A stretch of 63,999 nucleotides of DNA, counting the filler, from Octopus bimaculoides (lineage: Eukaryota): NCBI RefSeq assembly GCF_001194135.2. It is 6 parts of 4 records of this genome, joined end to end, with 100 filler letters (N's around TTAATTAATTAA, not from the genome) between each part and the next. Parts side by side here need not be neighbours in the genome. Positions count along the whole stretch, not along the records: positions 56,369 to 62,839 come from NC_068985.1; positions 62,940 to 63,999 come from NW_026306012.1; 4 more parts are not named here. One strand, 5' to 3'. Under the pieces are notes generated by a model, which did no database searches, was not told the origin of the DNA, and saw only the letters and a list, made by a program, of their open reading frames with translations. This document shows positions 61,159 through 63,999 of the stretch, one piece after another. The translations under genes and the position numbers were made by a program. Each line of letters opens with the position of its first letter. The first letter of the stretch is position 1.

Positions 61159-62598
61159 GTGTCTGTGTTTGTCCCCCAACATCGCTTCACAACCGATGGT
61201 TGTGTGTTTACGTCCCTATAACTTAACGGTTCGGCAAAAGAGACCGCTGTAATAAGTGTGTGAATCTGAAAGGGGAACATGTTGAATAAAATCTTAATTA
61301 ACTGATTCTCCTCCATTTTGTTTTACCGAAAGTCAGGAACTTTTCAGCATCCCTTCGTATATATGCACGAGTGGGTGTGTACCAACTGCAGTTTGACCTA
61401 TCCCTCAGCTAACTCATTAAATCTATTAAGATGGAAATAATATCTTTAATCTTTGAATGATCGTTTTAATCATGTTTACAAATAAATAATACGTTAAATC
61501 GTAATGTTAATTCCTATTTTTGCTAAACTATATTAATGGTATTGTTTATACGCTTGTACTTAACGAGAATAGTACCATTTAATCAATAGTAAGCATCATG
61601 AGATTTTTCAATAGATGTCTTGTAAATTTACGTAATTGATAGTTTGTCTGGCAATCAATTTAGTAACATTAAGCAATTGAACAAGAAGAGAAAATCACTT
61701 GAAAATGTCTAAATATGCAGTTGGCAATCAACCGTATACACACACACACACACACACACACACANNNNNNNNNNAACACACACACTCACACATACTCACA
61801 CGCACTAATACGCAAACACTCGCACATAGACACCAGCACACGCACAAATAAACACGCACAAACCAACATACTCACTCATATATTTGCAATCTGCATCTGT
61901 TATTTCTCATGAGCTTTGCTGGTGCACCAACACAATACAATGTGCACGTGTATTCATGCATTTGCGTATGCATATGTGCCTGATTGTGCAGACGTGTGAA
62001 TCTTCTGGGAGTGATTTCATGGATGTTACCTATAACAATTCAAGGACTCCCTCTGACAGTTTACGAATGTTAATCTAATAAGATATAAATATTATCTAGT
62101 CTTTGAAATAATACTTTGTTCTATATATTTCAATGCGCCTATATGTTTAGATATAAATAATGCATAAATTCGTATTAATATTCTTTTTTTACTTACCGTA
62201 TTACTTTTGTGCTTTTACATAAAAAGAACGATACCATTGAATCAATAGAAAGCATGAATAATTTTTTGTATAGATGTCCTGTAAAATTAATAAGCACTAT
62301 AATTGGCAGTTACCTTAGTAACATAGAGCAGTAGAATAATACTACAAGAAAAACATTTGAAAATGAGAGATTTTTCGAGATAAGTAGTTGGCCAGCGGCG
62401 ATTTGTTTATTTACATTTCTTAAGATTAAACCGACACCCCCACCCCCACACACACATACGAATACGCACGAAAAACAAACGCACATATATTTACACGCTG
62501 CATCTGAAGGAGGGGGTCATTGCTTATGAGGCTTCCAAGCCTCCTATGTGAATAATAGTGATAATATGTATAAATATGTATGGTTGTATGTTTGGACG

Positions 62599-62643
62599 TA
62601 TCCCTGATGAGAAGACAATAAGATTCGAAAATAGATTAAGATT
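62599..62643 (+). ncRNA. Possible decayed minimal type I hammerhead motif
   Basis: tatcc-CTGATGA-GAA(gacaataaga)TTC-GAAA-atagat-TA-agatt. Core boxes and helix II are present; helices I and III are imperfect. Confidence 0.3.
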
Positions 62644-63999
62644 GTTTGTGATTTTTTTTATTGGCATAGGTTTTATTGTGTGGTATGAAGATTGCTTCCC
62701 AACCACAAGAGTCTTTCGTCAGTTCCACTGTATGCTATCTTCTGAAGGTGCCTTTTATTATAGAATCCAGCAACCTAGCTGACCAATGACATGTGTGCAG
62801 ATTTGCCACAAAGTAACTGAAAGTAGCCCGTGATATATANNNNNNNNNNNNNNNNNNNNNNNNNNNNNNNNNNNNNNNNNNNNTTAATTAATTAANNNNN
62901 NNNNNNNNNNNNNNNNNNNNNNNNNNNNNNNNNNNNNNNAATTAACTTCCTTCTAATTAATTAGACTTATGCTACCTCCATCCAGGTAGGCCTCAAAAGT
63001 ATCCTGCAATGAACAGCAACCTGGGCTCATTCACCAACAGAAAGATACAGTTACTACGTATAGCTTTCAATTGAAGAGTCATGGCTAAGGAGATTCTCTT
63101 GCCAAGAAATCACTAGAAAGTCTGGCCATAAATTGTATGGTCACTTTGTACCTACAGGCTGTGATGCATGAAAGTAACCTCTTTGTAATTCATGGGTATT
63201 CCGCATGTTTTTGGGTTGTTTTTTTTTCTTTTTTACAATAGTTTGGTCAGGAAGAAGGGATTCTGTACTCCAAGATCAGGAAGATCAACAAACGAAACAC
63301 TTTATAGCGTCAACTTAATTTTTTTTCATTTGTCTTTGTCTTAAACAATACATATTTCTTATTTCATTTTACCATTTTTTTTTTTCAAAAATAAAAATTC
63401 TGCAGTGACAGCCATTTCAGAGAGAATGCAATTATTCATTTACTCTGCATATTTTTGAATATTTATATATAAGCACAGGTGTGGCTGTGTGATTAAGAAG
63501 CTTGCTTCCCAACTATGTGGTCATGGGTTCAATTCAATTACACAGTACCTTAGGCAAATGTCTTCTGCTCTAGCCCTGAGCCAATTGAAGCCTTGTGAGT
63601 GGATTTGGCAGGTGGAAACTGAAAGAAACCCATTGTTGCCTGCTTGCCTGTTGCTAGCCATCTGCTTATCTGTCGTGTGTCTGGCTGTATTTATAATGGT
63701 CATCCTAACTAGAAGAACAGACATACCATAGGAGTAATTTCTACCTGTGGAGGTTGCCTGCTGTCCAGTTGAACCTTCAGTGACACAGCCCAGGCTGGAG
63801 GGCGAATGGAAATCCATCTATCACTTTTTGACAGGACAAAGAAATTTCTTTTGAGCCTGTTCAACCAGTGGTGGATCAGCTGAGTGAGAATCCTTAGATT
63901 CAGTTTCGAATCTCAACTCAGAAAATGAAGTGTTAGATTTTACAAGTATATATTTTTCTGAATGTTGACTGTTACTTTTATAATTGTTGTTTTCTGAAA

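Noticed and set aside
7615-61800. Regularly recurring short repeats as a possible CRISPR array or tRNA genes
   Set aside because: The repeats are simple microsatellites, and the tRNA-like boxes are SINE heads without complete cloverleafs. The sequence is eukaryotic.
63740-63960. GC-richer, exon-like segment with a possible minus-strand donor
   Set aside because: Stops occur in the plausible frames, there is no recognisable homology, and the window ends before an acceptor could be assessed.

Overview
AT-rich, repeat-dense animal genomic DNA from a fragmented assembly, most likely a coleoid cephalopod such as Octopus (inferred from the SINE/LINE repertoire, not proven). It has many N gaps. Five of them are 100-bp artificial spacers (N44-TTAATTAATTAA-N44) that split the window into six joined blocks. 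Two host genes are recognisable from exons with consistent splice phases. On the + strand are four internal exons of an M1-family aminopeptidase (APN/ENPEP-like; 16492-25777). On the - strand are the last three coding exons of CEP162 (46105-40104). The rest is microsatellites, three or more tRNA-type SINE families, decayed RTE LINEs, an R4/Dong-type RLE retroelement 3' end, several Tc1/mariner relics, a Merlin-like MITE and Helentron/HINE-like elements. The most interesting signal is a dispersed set of type I hammerhead-ribozyme motifs with an unusually long (about 60-80 nt) helix II and a palindromic CGATCG helix III. They lie at 13260-13349 (-), 7116-7217 (-), 7320-7421 (+), 51013-51118 (+) and 55397-55496 (+). 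The two 7-kb copies form one 400-bp fold-back. Four of the five clearly belong to one Penelope/retrozyme-like non-coding family. There is also a possible unannotated signal-peptide first exon with promoter motifs at 35377-35611 (-). Most long ORFs in the supplied track are artefacts of N runs or microsatellites.
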